From Thermotogota bacterium (GTDB taxonomy: Bacteria > Thermotogota > Thermotogae > Petrotogales > Kosmotogaceae): a stretch of DNA of 26,375 nt. The position numbers were made by a program, and so were the translations under genes. Shown here piece by piece: positions 1 to 9,229 of the stretch (position 1 is its first letter; each line of letters starts with the position of its first letter). Under the pieces are notes generated by a model. That model was not told the DNA's origin. It made no database searches and was given only the letters and a program-made list of their open reading frames with translations. The stretch covers positions 1 to 26,375 of the forward strand of contig JAYEJL010000010.1 in assembly GCA_034660555.1 (NCBI GenBank), in the 5' to 3' direction.

Positions 1-102
1 AACTTCGCTCCTATAAAACTTAAATTACCTGAGAACATAAAAATAGAGGATCTGGATATTTCAGTCTTTTTTAGATCACTCTCATTTCAAATAAGTATGT
101 AG
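1..102 (+). CDS. rex: Redox-sensing transcriptional repressor Rex, 3' end only (truncated by window start)
   Basis: Frame 1 translates by hand to NFAPIKLKLPENIKIEDLDISVFFRSLSFQISM* (TAG 100-102). NFAP..L..P....E..D is the typical Rex C-terminal segment. Only 33 residues are visible. Confidence 0.72.
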   Translation, partial: NFAPIKLKLPENIKIEDLDISVFFRSLSFQISM

Positions 103-136
103 CAAAGGTCTTTAAGAAAAGGACAGGAGTAATGAA

Positions 137-739
137 ATGCTGGTAGCTATTGTAGGCGGAAGCGGAGCAGGAAAAACATCTGTCGCGCAAAAAATCAAAT
201 TGCATTTTGAAAACAGAGTTGGAATTCTTTCAATGGATGATTACTACAAAAATCTGGAACCAGGAATCGATCCTAGAGATGTCAACTTCGATAATCCAAA
301 TGCATTTGATTTTGATTTATTCACAAAACATATCGAAGATTTAAAGAAAGGAAGATCCATAAAAGTCCCTGTTTATAATATGGTGACTTATCGTCGTGAA
401 CAGGGAGTTTATAATACATTTGAACCCTCACCATTAATACTCGTTGAAGGTATTCTGGTACTGTGTAGCGAAAAACTTAGAAAGCTTTTTGATTTTTCTG
501 TCTATATCGATGCCCCAGCCGATGAACGACTGATAAGGCGTATCGAACGTGACACAAAAGAAAGAGGCAGATCGTTTGAAAGCATAATAAAACAGTACCG
601 ACATATTGTCGCTCCAGCATTTAAAAGTTTTATTGAACCTCAAAAATACTATTGTGATATAGTTTTACCGGAAGGGGTTCAGAACATAGTAGGACTAGGT
701 GTAATTGTAAATGCCATTGAAAATATGATTAAGAGCTAA
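137..739 (+). CDS. udk: Uridine/cytidine kinase
   Basis: Walker A GGSGAGKT, SMDDYY, NFDNPNAFD, ILVEGIL, RLIRRIERDTKERGRS, FIEPQK; SD GGAG at 126-129. Confidence 0.93.
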   Translation: MLVAIVGGSGAGKTSVAQKIKLHFENRVGILSMDDYYKNLEPGIDPRDVNFDNPNAFDFDLFTKHIEDLKKGRSIKVPVYNMVTYRREQGVYNTFEPSPLILVEGILVLCSEKLRKLFDFSVYIDAPADERLIRRIERDTKERGRSFESIIKQYRHIVAPAFKSFIEPQKYYCDIVLPEGVQNIVGLGVIVNAIENMIKS

Positions 740-762
740 TCTATGAACCAGGAGGTGAAGCA

Positions 763-3075
763 GTGAATAAGCACTCTATACTGTTGATATTATTTCTTTT
801 ATCTATTATATCCGTTTTCCCGGTAGACAAAGAGATTGTTCTGGAAGAATTTAATGAATACGTCAGTGATTATAAAAGAGACGAATCAACACTGGAAGAG
901 GTTATTCAATTAAAGTCAGATCTGGAAAATCTTGCTTTGTACAGATTTTATAAAATTCAGATGGTTGGTAGTGTGGAGAAAAGAGAGAGTTCAACATCGA
1001 TGGCAGAATTACTTTCTGCTCATATGGATTCACTACCTGAAAGCTTTTTTGCTGATTACAACCAGAAAATTGCTTATTCTGCTTTCCTGGCCTGGGTCCT
1101 TTCAGAGATTTCATACGCTGATTTTCAACTAGGTACAATAAATGAAATGCCAGCTTATGCAAACAGTTTCTCTGATTATGTAAATCTGGCTCAAAACAGG
1201 GCTGTCGAAGTATATAAAGCCTGGATTTTATATTCTCTTGGGTTAGTAAAAGAGAAACCAGATAAATATCCCGACGATTTAGCAAAAACCGATTCGTTCA
1301 GTCAATGGAACATTGATATTGATCAAATTAATGATGAATCAGTTGACGATGTCCGTAGATTTACTGGAAATACACTAATTCAAGAATTAAACAATGTAAT
1401 AGAAAATATCTCTTTAAATTCCTATAACGCTTCATCAATTTTTATAGAAACGGTACGTGAAAGGGCTAAAATTGTTGCAAACAATGTTCCGGAAAACATT
1501 CGCGAAGAAGCCCAAAAACTATTTGAATACTGGTTATATCGATCATTTTCACTTGTAGAGAAAGCTCCGGGCTACCCAGAACAACTTCCAGTAAATGAAT
1601 TAGACATCCAAAATTTCGAAAACCCTCTACAAAACTCTGGAGTGTTTTTAGATGAAGCACTAGCATTTTTAGATAACAACCCTGATGTGATGACACAGGT
1701 AATCACAAATCTAAGGGTACAAAAGATGATGATCCAGAGAGAAGATTTTACTCCAACGAAACTTATTGAAAGCGATGTTGAAAACGAAATTAATAAACTA
1801 AAATCTTCAATTGCCATTAAAATGGGAGACACAAAAAATGAATTATCAAAAATGTTAATTGATACTATAGTGGATGAAGTGAATCTTGATTGGCTCAGGT
1901 TTATTGGATATATAGTCTTGGCACTTCTATCGTTTACATATCTTAAAATGCTAAAGCGTTATTTTGTTCCTATTATCATTACAGCAGAGGTAGTTTATGT
2001 TGTTTTCTTCGCAAATCTTATAACAAATATTGTGAATATCTCGGTTTATTCTTCATTTGTTTTGCCATTATTGCTTTTTACCGGAATAATATATGTTTCA
2101 AAGCTATTAACACGCAGAAAGAAAAAAACGATTCTTGATTTCTTGGCGCTGGCACTGATTATCCTGATCATGATTATTCCATTCTTCAAACTTTATAACG
2201 AAGTACCGGAAATTGCTCTTGATGAGCATCCTAAATTTCATGAATCTGTTTATTATAATACATTGAAGTATGACATTTTTGATTCAGATAATGCATTGTT
2301 AAATAGAGCAATCGATGATTTAACATCATTGATTTCGAGCGAATTCACCGAACTTAGAAGGGCTTATGGGGTATTGTTAGGCAATGCATTTAACAATTTG
2401 GCCAGAGAAAGTAATTCTGATATAACGGTCACTAACAATAGAGTAAGAGTAATAATACCTTCATACAGTGAGTATTTTTCAATAGAAAATCATGGTGAAT
2501 ACACCGACCAATTCAAAGAATTACAGAGAAGACTAAAAGAGTTTTCCCGAACGAGCATGGCTAATTATAAGAATTATTTAAGTATGATTGATCAGGTAAT
2601 CAACCTATCAGAAACTATTGTAAAATATTCCAGTGGTTACTTAAGAGATGATTTCAAAAATTACCTGAATGAAAAACTTGGCAATAATCCTCAGTTTGGA
2701 GAATCACTTACGCATGTTGAAAAGTCTTTAAAAGATGAATTTGATGCAAAACCTGAAGCGGGAACCATAAGAGCATATTCATCTGTTGGATTTCAGGGTC
2801 TTTTGATCGGTCTTATGTTATTTGGGCCCTTCACAGTTTTGTTTAAAAAACCACTGTTCATAGTATTGATATCTGCAATACTGGTTATCGGATTAGTTAT
2901 ATATCTAATGAATGCAAATATGTTAAATATCTTTGTTCATTCAAATGCACCCATCTTGGAAACACAAACAAGTTCATATATGAGCATTTTGTTTTTAATC
3001 CTTTATACCTGTATAATAGTTGTGTCATTAATTTATGCTTTTACACTCTATAAGAAAGGGAGGGAATTAACGTGA
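763..3075 (+). CDS. Hypothetical integral membrane protein (signal peptide, two large extracytoplasmic domains, ~7 TM helices)
   Basis: 770-aa ORF, GTG start with SD GGAGGTGA at 751-758. Hydrophobic N-terminus, ~4 TM segments at aa ~377-475, ~3 at aa ~677-762. Stop overlaps the next start (GTGA). No family motif recognised. Confidence 0.85.
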   Translation: MNKHSILLILFLLSIISVFPVDKEIVLEEFNEYVSDYKRDESTLEEVIQLKSDLENLALYRFYKIQMVGSVEKRESSTSMAELLSAHMDSLPESFFADYNQKIAYSAFLAWVLSEISYADFQLGTINEMPAYANSFSDYVNLAQNRAVEVYKAWILYSLGLVKEKPDKYPDDLAKTDSFSQWNIDIDQINDESVDDVRRFTGNTLIQELNNVIENISLNSYNASSIFIETVRERAKIVANNVPENIREEAQKLFEYWLYRSFSLVEKAPGYPEQLPVNELDIQNFENPLQNSGVFLDEALAFLDNNPDVMTQVITNLRVQKMMIQREDFTPTKLIESDVENEINKLKSSIAIKMGDTKNELSKMLIDTIVDEVNLDWLRFIGYIVLALLSFTYLKMLKRYFVPIIITAEVVYVVFFANLITNIVNISVYSSFVLPLLLFTGIIYVSKLLTRRKKKTILDFLALALIILIMIIPFFKLYNEVPEIALDEHPKFHESVYYNTLKYDIFDSDNALLNRAIDDLTSLISSEFTELRRAYGVLLGNAFNNLARESNSDITVTNNRVRVIIPSYSEYFSIENHGEYTDQFKELQRRLKEFSRTSMANYKNYLSMIDQVINLSETIVKYSSGYLRDDFKNYLNEKLGNNPQFGESLTHVEKSLKDEFDAKPEAGTIRAYSSVGFQGLLIGLMLFGPFTVLFKKPLFIVLISAILVIGLVIYLMNANMLNIFVHSNAPILETQTSSYMSILFLILYTCIIVVSLIYAFTLYKKGRELT

Positions 3076-4094
3076 AAAAGCTTTTCTTTGTATTAGCTCT
3101 AATGCTGATATTTACTTTACCAGCATTCGCTGCCATGAAAGTCATTATGGTTACAGACGTCGGAGGTCTAGGTGACAAATCCTTCAACGATGGAACATGG
3201 GAAGGAATTCAAAGAGCAGCAGATTTTCTTGGACTAGAAACTGAAGTGGTCCAGTCACATGAAATGTCTGATTATATTCCAAATCTTTCGAATGCCGCTG
3301 AAGAGGCTGATATCGTTTTTGGTGTTGGTTTCATGATGCAGGACCAACTGGCTAAAGTAGCCCGTCAGTACCCAGGTACATATTTCGTAGGAATAGACAT
3401 TTCTTATGAAGAAACAATTGAAAACGTCGGAACCTATATCTTTAAAGAACAGCAGGGTGCTTTCCTTGTAGGTTATCTTGCTGCAGGTATGACTGAAACA
3501 AACAAAGTTGGTTTCGTTGGCGGTATACCAATACCACCAGTAGAAAGATTCAGATATGGATATGAAGCAGGAATCAGAGTTTATGAAGTTGTTAAAGGAA
3601 AAACAGTTGACCTATTAAAGGGTTACACCAACGACTTTAATGATCCTAAAAAAGGTAAGGACCTGGCGCTTTCACAGTTTGCAGCCGGTGCCGATATAGC
3701 TTTCCACGCTTCTGGTGCATGTGGAAATGGCGTTATAGAAGCTGCTGCTGAAACGGGTGAAGGTTACTTTGCAATTGGTGTTGACTCAAATCAGGATTAT
3801 ATGGCACCTGGACATGTTTTAACAAGTTCATTAAAACGAGTGGACAACGCTGCCTATCAGGCTGTTCTTTCAATTGCACTGGGTAACTTCGAACCAGGGA
3901 CACATGTTCTTGGAATAAAAGATAAAGGTGTTGGAATGACAGAAATGGAATATACAAAGCATCTCGTACCAACAGAATTGCTTAATGAACTTGACTATCT
4001 AAAAACATTAATAAAAGAAGACGAACTTGTAGTTCCTGAAACACAGGACGAACTTAATACATTTGTTGTTCCCGATATAGAGTTTCCCTGGTAA
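3072..4094 (+). CDS. BMP/PnrA-family ABC transporter substrate-binding protein (nucleoside)
   Basis: TDVGGLGDKSFND, GFVGG, FRYGYEAG, GADIAFHASG, AIGVDSNQ, LTSSLKRVD motifs. Signal peptide ends AFA-A with no lipobox Cys. Confidence 0.93.
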   Translation: MKKLFFVLALMLIFTLPAFAAMKVIMVTDVGGLGDKSFNDGTWEGIQRAADFLGLETEVVQSHEMSDYIPNLSNAAEEADIVFGVGFMMQDQLAKVARQYPGTYFVGIDISYEETIENVGTYIFKEQQGAFLVGYLAAGMTETNKVGFVGGIPIPPVERFRYGYEAGIRVYEVVKGKTVDLLKGYTNDFNDPKKGKDLALSQFAAGADIAFHASGACGNGVIEAAAETGEGYFAIGVDSNQDYMAPGHVLTSSLKRVDNAAYQAVLSIALGNFEPGTHVLGIKDKGVGMTEMEYTKHLVPTELLNELDYLKTLIKEDELVVPETQDELNTFVVPDIEFPW

Positions 4095-4105
4095 ACATTA
4101 GATTT

Positions 4106-4127
4106 AGGGCGCCCTCAAAGGCGCCTT
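4106..4127 (+). terminator. GC-rich stem-loop after the BMP gene (partial terminator or mRNA-stabilising hairpin)
   Basis: AGGGCGCC-ctcaaa-GGCGCCTT followed by TATTCTTTCT. Confidence 0.6.
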
Positions 4128-4133
4128 TATTCT

Positions 4134-4189
4134 TTCTAATGATACTAAAGATCGGGAGTTTTTTCTCCCGATTTTTGGTAACATTAGAA
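4134..4189 (+). promoter_or_regulatory. Long (~24 bp) hairpin directly upstream of the ABC ATPase SD
   Basis: TTCTAATG-a-TACTAAAGATCGGGAG (4134-4158), loop TTTTTT, CTCCCGATTTTTGGTA-a-CATTAGAA (4165-4189). Two G-U pairs and one A/A mismatch. Confidence 0.65.
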
Positions 4190-4207
4190 CCAATGGAGGT
4201 GTGTTGA

Positions 4208-5803
4208 GTGACTAAAGATACAGAAACAAATAACCAAACTAATCAATCTCAATATGCCGTCGAAATGAAGGGCATAGTAAAACGTTTTCCATCTGTTGTT
4301 GCAAATGATCATGTCGATTTCAACGTTAAGAAAGGAGAAATTCATGCTCTTGTAGGTGAGAACGGAGCTGGTAAAACGACATTGATGAACCAGCTTTATG
4401 GTTTGTACACACCTGATGAAGGTTCAATTCATATAAATGGAGAAAAGGTATCGTTCAAAGGCCCAAAAGACGCTATAGATAAAGGGATTGGCATGGTTCA
4501 TCAACATTTTATGCTTGTCGATAACCAGACAATCGCTGAAAATGTAGTGCTTGGTTCAGAACCCAAGAGCTTTTCAATGTTTTTTAACAGGGCAAAATCA
4601 AAATCTCTTGTTAAGGAGCTTTCCGACAAATACAAACTTCTGGTTGATGTAGATGCCAATATTGAAGATATATCAGTTGGAATGCAACAAAGGGTAGAGA
4701 TACTAAAAATACTTTATAGGGGTGCTGATATATTAATTTTCGACGAACCTACAGCTGTTTTAACCCCTCAAGAAACTGACGAATTGTTTGAAGTATTAGG
4801 ACTTTTGCAAAAACAGGGAAAAACAATTATTTTTATTACACATAAATTGAATGAAGTTATGTCAATAACCCAAAGGGTAACAGTGATGAGACTTGGTAAG
4901 GTAACCGGTAGTGTAAATACGAGTGAAACTAATCCCAAAGAGCTTGCTGAGATGATGGTTGGAAGAGAAGTATTATTAAGGGTAGAAAAAGAACCTGCAA
5001 AACCCAAGGAAAAAGTTCTTGAGGTTGATAATTTAAAGGTAAGAGATAACAGGAATCTACTCACTGTAAAAGGTATATCTTTGGATGTTAGAAAAGGAGA
5101 AATACTTGGTATAGCAGGTGTAGCAGGCAATGGGCAATCTGAACTGATAGAAGCAATAACTGGTTTACGGAAAGCTGAAGCTGGAAAAATAAAATTGTCG
5201 GGAGAGGATCTAACTGACGCTTCACCACTAGAAGTAAGACTGAAAGGGTTAAATCATATTCCGGAAGATCGTTTAAGGCGAGGCCTTATAACTGATTATC
5301 CGGTTTTTTACAATATGATACTCGGCAAACATGAAAGCAAACCATTTTCTGAAGAAGGGTTCCTAAATCATGATGCGATAAAAAAATATGCCAAGAACTT
5401 AACAGAAAAATTTGATGTCAGACCAAATAACCCTGAGACACTTGTGGGAACACTATCTGGTGGAAATCAGCAAAAAGTAATTGTTGCAAGAGAGCTTGAC
5501 AATCAACCCCGAAAACCTAAAGTAGCTGTAATATCACAGCCAACAAGAGGACTAGATATTGGTGCAATAGAATTTATTCACAAAACAATTATTTCAATGA
5601 GAGATGAAGGTATAGGTATCCTGTTAGTTTCAATGGAATTGGATGAGATTTTCTCACTCTCACATAGAATAATTGTAATGTACGAAGGAGAAATAATGGG
5701 TGAGGTAACCCCTGATAGAATCAGCAGAGAAGAAATCGGTTTAATGATGGCTGGTCATAAAAAAGCAGAAGTTCTACCTGAAAGCGGTGATAACAATGAA
5801 TAA
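4208..5803 (+). CDS. Nucleoside/sugar ABC transporter ATP-binding protein (tandem NBD, NupA/YufO-like)
   Basis: GENGAGKT, GIGMVHQHFML, ISVGMQQRVEILK, IFDEPT, GIAGVAGNGQ, LSGGNQQK, QPTRGLD; SD GGAGGTG at 4195-4201. Confidence 0.95.
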   Translation: MTKDTETNNQTNQSQYAVEMKGIVKRFPSVVANDHVDFNVKKGEIHALVGENGAGKTTLMNQLYGLYTPDEGSIHINGEKVSFKGPKDAIDKGIGMVHQHFMLVDNQTIAENVVLGSEPKSFSMFFNRAKSKSLVKELSDKYKLLVDVDANIEDISVGMQQRVEILKILYRGADILIFDEPTAVLTPQETDELFEVLGLLQKQGKTIIFITHKLNEVMSITQRVTVMRLGKVTGSVNTSETNPKELAEMMVGREVLLRVEKEPAKPKEKVLEVDNLKVRDNRNLLTVKGISLDVRKGEILGIAGVAGNGQSELIEAITGLRKAEAGKIKLSGEDLTDASPLEVRLKGLNHIPEDRLRRGLITDYPVFYNMILGKHESKPFSEEGFLNHDAIKKYAKNLTEKFDVRPNNPETLVGTLSGGNQQKVIVARELDNQPRKPKVAVISQPTRGLDIGAIEFIHKTIISMRDEGIGILLVSMELDEIFSLSHRIIVMYEGEIMGEVTPDRISREEIGLMMAGHKKAEVLPESGDNNE

Positions 5804-6848
5804 AAACAAGCTTTACCCCTTTCTTGTACCTCTGGTATCAGTTTTAATTGCACTCGCTATTGCATCCATTGTAATCATTCTCATTGGAAAGAATCCCATA
5901 TATGCTTATAGAGTAATGGTAGTTGGTGCATTTGGTGGAGCAGAACAACTTGCAAATACAATTGTGAAGATGACACCGTTGGTTTTAACCGGTCTTGCAG
6001 TTGGATTCGGTTTTAGAGCTGGAATCTTCAATATTGGTGCCGAAGGTCAGATGGCCATGGGAGCCCTTATTGGTTCTATGATTGCAATGAATGTAGGTTT
6101 CCTCCCACCATTTCTGTCAATTCCACTTGCTCTTATCTTTGGTATGCTTGCAGGAGCAATCTGGGCATCAATTGCAGGTTTTCTCAAAGCATTTACCGGA
6201 GCTCACGAAGTTATCTCAACTATCATGCTTAATTGGATTGCCGCGAATATTGCAATATTTATGGTTTCAGGACCATTGGCTATAGGTTCTGGAACTCCAA
6301 AAAGCCCGGAAATCTCTGAATCATCGAAGTTGCCAATAATACTGAAGGTGAAAGCTACAGAAATGAGTATCGCAATATTCATCGCTGTAATGGTAGCCAT
6401 TGTAATATATATACTACTTGAAAAATCAACACTGGGTTATGAACTAAAAGGAGTGGGCTTTAATCCCTACGCTGCTGAATATGGCGGAATAAATATCAAG
6501 AAAAGTATTATATTAACCATGGCTATCAGTGGAGCTCTGGCTGGCATGGCAGGAATAATTGATATTTTGGGAGTGCCACCACATAGATTCGTTGGCGAAT
6601 TAACTGGTGGGCGTGGTTTTGATGGTATTACAATTGCACTTATAGGTAGAAACCATCCCATCGGAATAATATTTGCAGCATTGCTCATAGCCTCCCTCAG
6701 AACCGGTTCCAACGCTATGCAAATAACAGCCCAGATCCCCAATGACATTGTTATGATTATTCAGGGTATTGTTATCTTTCTTGTTGCTGCTGAACGTATA
6801 GTTGCTACACTTCTGAGATATAGAAAACGAAGGGGTGAGGTTATATGA
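5796..6848 (+). CDS. Nucleoside ABC transporter permease (BPD_transp_2, NupB/YufP-like)
   Basis: FNIGAEGQ, HEVISTIMLNWIA, GYELKGVGFNPYAAEYGGI, GFDGITIALIG. ATG 5796 preferred over GTG 5787 because GGTGA (5786-5790) serves as its SD. Confidence 0.93.
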   Translation: MNKNKLYPFLVPLVSVLIALAIASIVIILIGKNPIYAYRVMVVGAFGGAEQLANTIVKMTPLVLTGLAVGFGFRAGIFNIGAEGQMAMGALIGSMIAMNVGFLPPFLSIPLALIFGMLAGAIWASIAGFLKAFTGAHEVISTIMLNWIAANIAIFMVSGPLAIGSGTPKSPEISESSKLPIILKVKATEMSIAIFIAVMVAIVIYILLEKSTLGYELKGVGFNPYAAEYGGINIKKSIILTMAISGALAGMAGIIDILGVPPHRFVGELTGGRGFDGITIALIGRNHPIGIIFAALLIASLRTGSNAMQITAQIPNDIVMIIQGIVIFLVAAERIVATLLRYRKRRGEVI

Positions 6849-7804
6849 ATTGGCTTGAAGCAATTCTTGAAATATTTGTAAATCCGCTCTTCTATAAAAT
6901 GTCACTTTTATCAGCAACTCCCCTTATTTTCGGTGCACTTGGAGGGACATTTAGTGAGTCAACAGGAGTTATAAATATTGCACTCGAAGGAATCATGTTA
7001 ATGGGCGCGTTTAGTTCAATTGTTTTTACATATATAACCGGTAATGCATGGTTAGGTGTATTGATGGCAGCAGTTATTGGTTTAGGATTTACCTGGTTCC
7101 ATGCATGGGCAAGTATAAGATGGTCAGCAAATCAAATTGTAAGTGGAACTGCATTAATAATTATTGCACAGGGCACGACTGCATTTTTGATGATGCCTAT
7201 TTTTGGTCAGGAAGGACGTACCGATATTATTGCCAGAGTTCCAAATGTAAAACTTGAATTTATGGAATCGATCCCATTTTTCGGTGAAATTTTTGATGAT
7301 ATAAGTGCTTTTGTGTACATTGCTCTCTTGGCAGTTTTAATTTCATGGATACTCTTCTATAGAACGCCACTTGGCTTGAGAATGCGTGCGGTTGGTGAAA
7401 ATCCAGAGGCAGCTGATACTCTTGGTATAAATGTTTATGGCATTAGATACTTTGGTGTACTTATGAGTGGAGTTCTTGCCAGTCTTGGTGGAGCATTTCT
7501 TTCTGTGGGAGAACTTGGTAGTTTTGGAGAGAACATGACACACGGAAGAGGATTTATAGCTCTGGCCGCAATGATCCTGGGAAATTGGAACCCTTTAGGA
7601 GCCCTCGGAGCAGCTTTACTTTTTGGTGCAGCTGAAGCACTGAATCTACAACTTCAAAGCAGCACAGCTGTTACCGTGTCTAACGCTATAAAACCTTTGT
7701 TCAACATGTTGCCATTTGTGGTTACACTGGTTGTTGTTGGAGGATTCATTGGTAAAACCAGAGCTCCTGCCGCTGATGGAGAACCTTATGAAAAAGAATC
7801 ATAG
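6845..7804 (+). CDS. Nucleoside ABC transporter permease (NupC/YufQ-like)
   Basis: SESTGVINIALEG, TPLGLRMRAVGENPEAADTLGI, GRGFIALAA, APAADGEPY; ATGA overlap with the preceding gene. Confidence 0.93.
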   Translation: MNWLEAILEIFVNPLFYKMSLLSATPLIFGALGGTFSESTGVINIALEGIMLMGAFSSIVFTYITGNAWLGVLMAAVIGLGFTWFHAWASIRWSANQIVSGTALIIIAQGTTAFLMMPIFGQEGRTDIIARVPNVKLEFMESIPFFGEIFDDISAFVYIALLAVLISWILFYRTPLGLRMRAVGENPEAADTLGINVYGIRYFGVLMSGVLASLGGAFLSVGELGSFGENMTHGRGFIALAAMILGNWNPLGALGAALLFGAAEALNLQLQSSTAVTVSNAIKPLFNMLPFVVTLVVVGGFIGKTRAPAADGEPYEKES

Positions 7805-7825
7805 AGAAAAGTGGTTCTTTTTCAT

Positions 7826-7856
7826 AAATAAACCCGCCTTAAAGGCGGGTTTATTT
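7826..7856. terminator. Bidirectional intrinsic terminator between convergent operons
   Basis: Perfect inverted repeat AAATAAACCCGCCTT-A-AAGGCGGGTTTATTT; gives a U-rich tail on both strands. Confidence 0.9.
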
Positions 7857-9229
7857 TAGAAACTGTAAGTTGTTCCTTGAGGTCCATCCATTAGATTTAT
7901 ACCCAATTCTAATAATCTATCCCTTATTATGTCAGCGTCTTTATACTGTTTGTTTTCTCTATATTCATTACGTAAATCTATTAGCAGTTTAATTAAACCA
8001 TCAACATTTGAAAAGTTTCTTTCACTGCTTTCAAGTATTCCGAGAATGGGGCCAAATTCATTTCTTATTAAATAACTGTATTCAATCATTTCCCGTTCAT
8101 CTTCTGAATCTTCAATGTTTTTTACCAGCTCAAAGATAATGGAAACTACCTTTGGAGTGTTAAAATCATCGCAAAGTGCTTCTTTAAACCTTTTTATATA
8201 AACATTCATTCTTTCTGACTTTTCTAAAAGTGGATTACCTTTTAGTTTAGTATCAAAGGGTCGTAAAATTCTGTTAGCGCGTAAAATAGCTCTTTTTGTT
8301 TCTTCCAGCATCTCTTCAGAATATTCAATTGGAGAACGATAGTGTTTGGATAGAATGAACAACCTTATAGCATCTTTACCATATTTTTTTACAGCTTCGT
8401 CAATACTTATGAATACACCTTCAGACTTAGACATCTTTGAACCAGCCAGTTTCATCATTCCGTTATGCATCCAGTATCTGGCAAATGTCCTTCCTGTTTT
8501 CGCTTCGCTCTGCGCATTTTCGTTTTCATGATGTGGAAAAATTAGATCTGAACCACCAGCATGTATATCAAATGTCTCTCCCAGGGTTTCAGTAGACATT
8601 ACAGAACACTCTATATGCCACCCCGGTCTTCCATTTCCCCATGGACTCTCCCATGAAGGTTCACCAGGTTTGGCAGCCTTCCAGAGGGTAAAATCTTCTG
8701 GAGATTTTTTCTTCTCACCAGGTTCGATCCTCGCTCCAGCTTTAAGATCTTCCACTTTTCTATGTGATAATGCTCCATATTCTTTAAAACTGGAAACATC
8801 AAAATAAACATCACCATCTGCTTCGTAAGCGTGTCCTTTATTTATCAGTGTTTCAATAAAATTAACTATTTCTTTGACAAAATGAGTGGTTCTGGGATGA
8901 AAATTAGACGCTCTTATTCCCAGAGACATGGCATCTTTCCAGTACTGAATTATGAATCTCTCTGCTACCTCCAGCGAATCCATATTGTTTTCATTTGCCA
9001 CATTTATTATTTTGTCATCAATATCTGTAAAATTTTGTGCCATAAGAACCCGATAACCTTCATACTCCAGAAACCTTCTAAAAACATCAAAAACTATGGA
9101 AGGTCTGGTATTACCTAAATGGACATAACCATAAACAGTGGGGCCACATACATACATGGTTAATAATCCAGATTTCTTGGGTTTTAGCGGTTCTTTTTTC
9201 CTACTTAATGTATTGTAAACATATATCAT
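7856..9229 (-). CDS. cysS: Cysteine--tRNA ligase
   Basis: MYVCGPTVY, HLGN (HIGH), NFTDIDDKII, GRPGWHIECS, DLIFPHHENE, KMSKS, ADIIRDRL. Confidence 0.97.
   Translation of the reverse strand: MIYVYNTLSRKKEPLKPKKSGLLTMYVCGPTVYGYVHLGNTRPSIVFDVFRRFLEYEGYRVLMAQNFTDIDDKIINVANENNMDSLEVAERFIIQYWKDAMSLGIRASNFHPRTTHFVKEIVNFIETLINKGHAYEADGDVYFDVSSFKEYGALSHRKVEDLKAGARIEPGEKKKSPEDFTLWKAAKPGEPSWESPWGNGRPGWHIECSVMSTETLGETFDIHAGGSDLIFPHHENENAQSEAKTGRTFARYWMHNGMMKLAGSKMSKSEGVFISIDEAVKKYGKDAIRLFILSKHYRSPIEYSEEMLEETKRAILRANRILRPFDTKLKGNPLLEKSERMNVYIKRFKEALCDDFNTPKVVSIIFELVKNIEDSEDEREMIEYSYLIRNEFGPILGILESSERNFSNVDGLIKLLIDLRNEYRENKQYKDADIIRDRLLELGINLMDGPQGTTYSF

Noticed and set aside
3072..3140. BMP-family protein lacking a lipobox cysteine
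   Set aside because: Non-lipidated binding proteins are expected in the presumed lineage, so this is not novel by itself.
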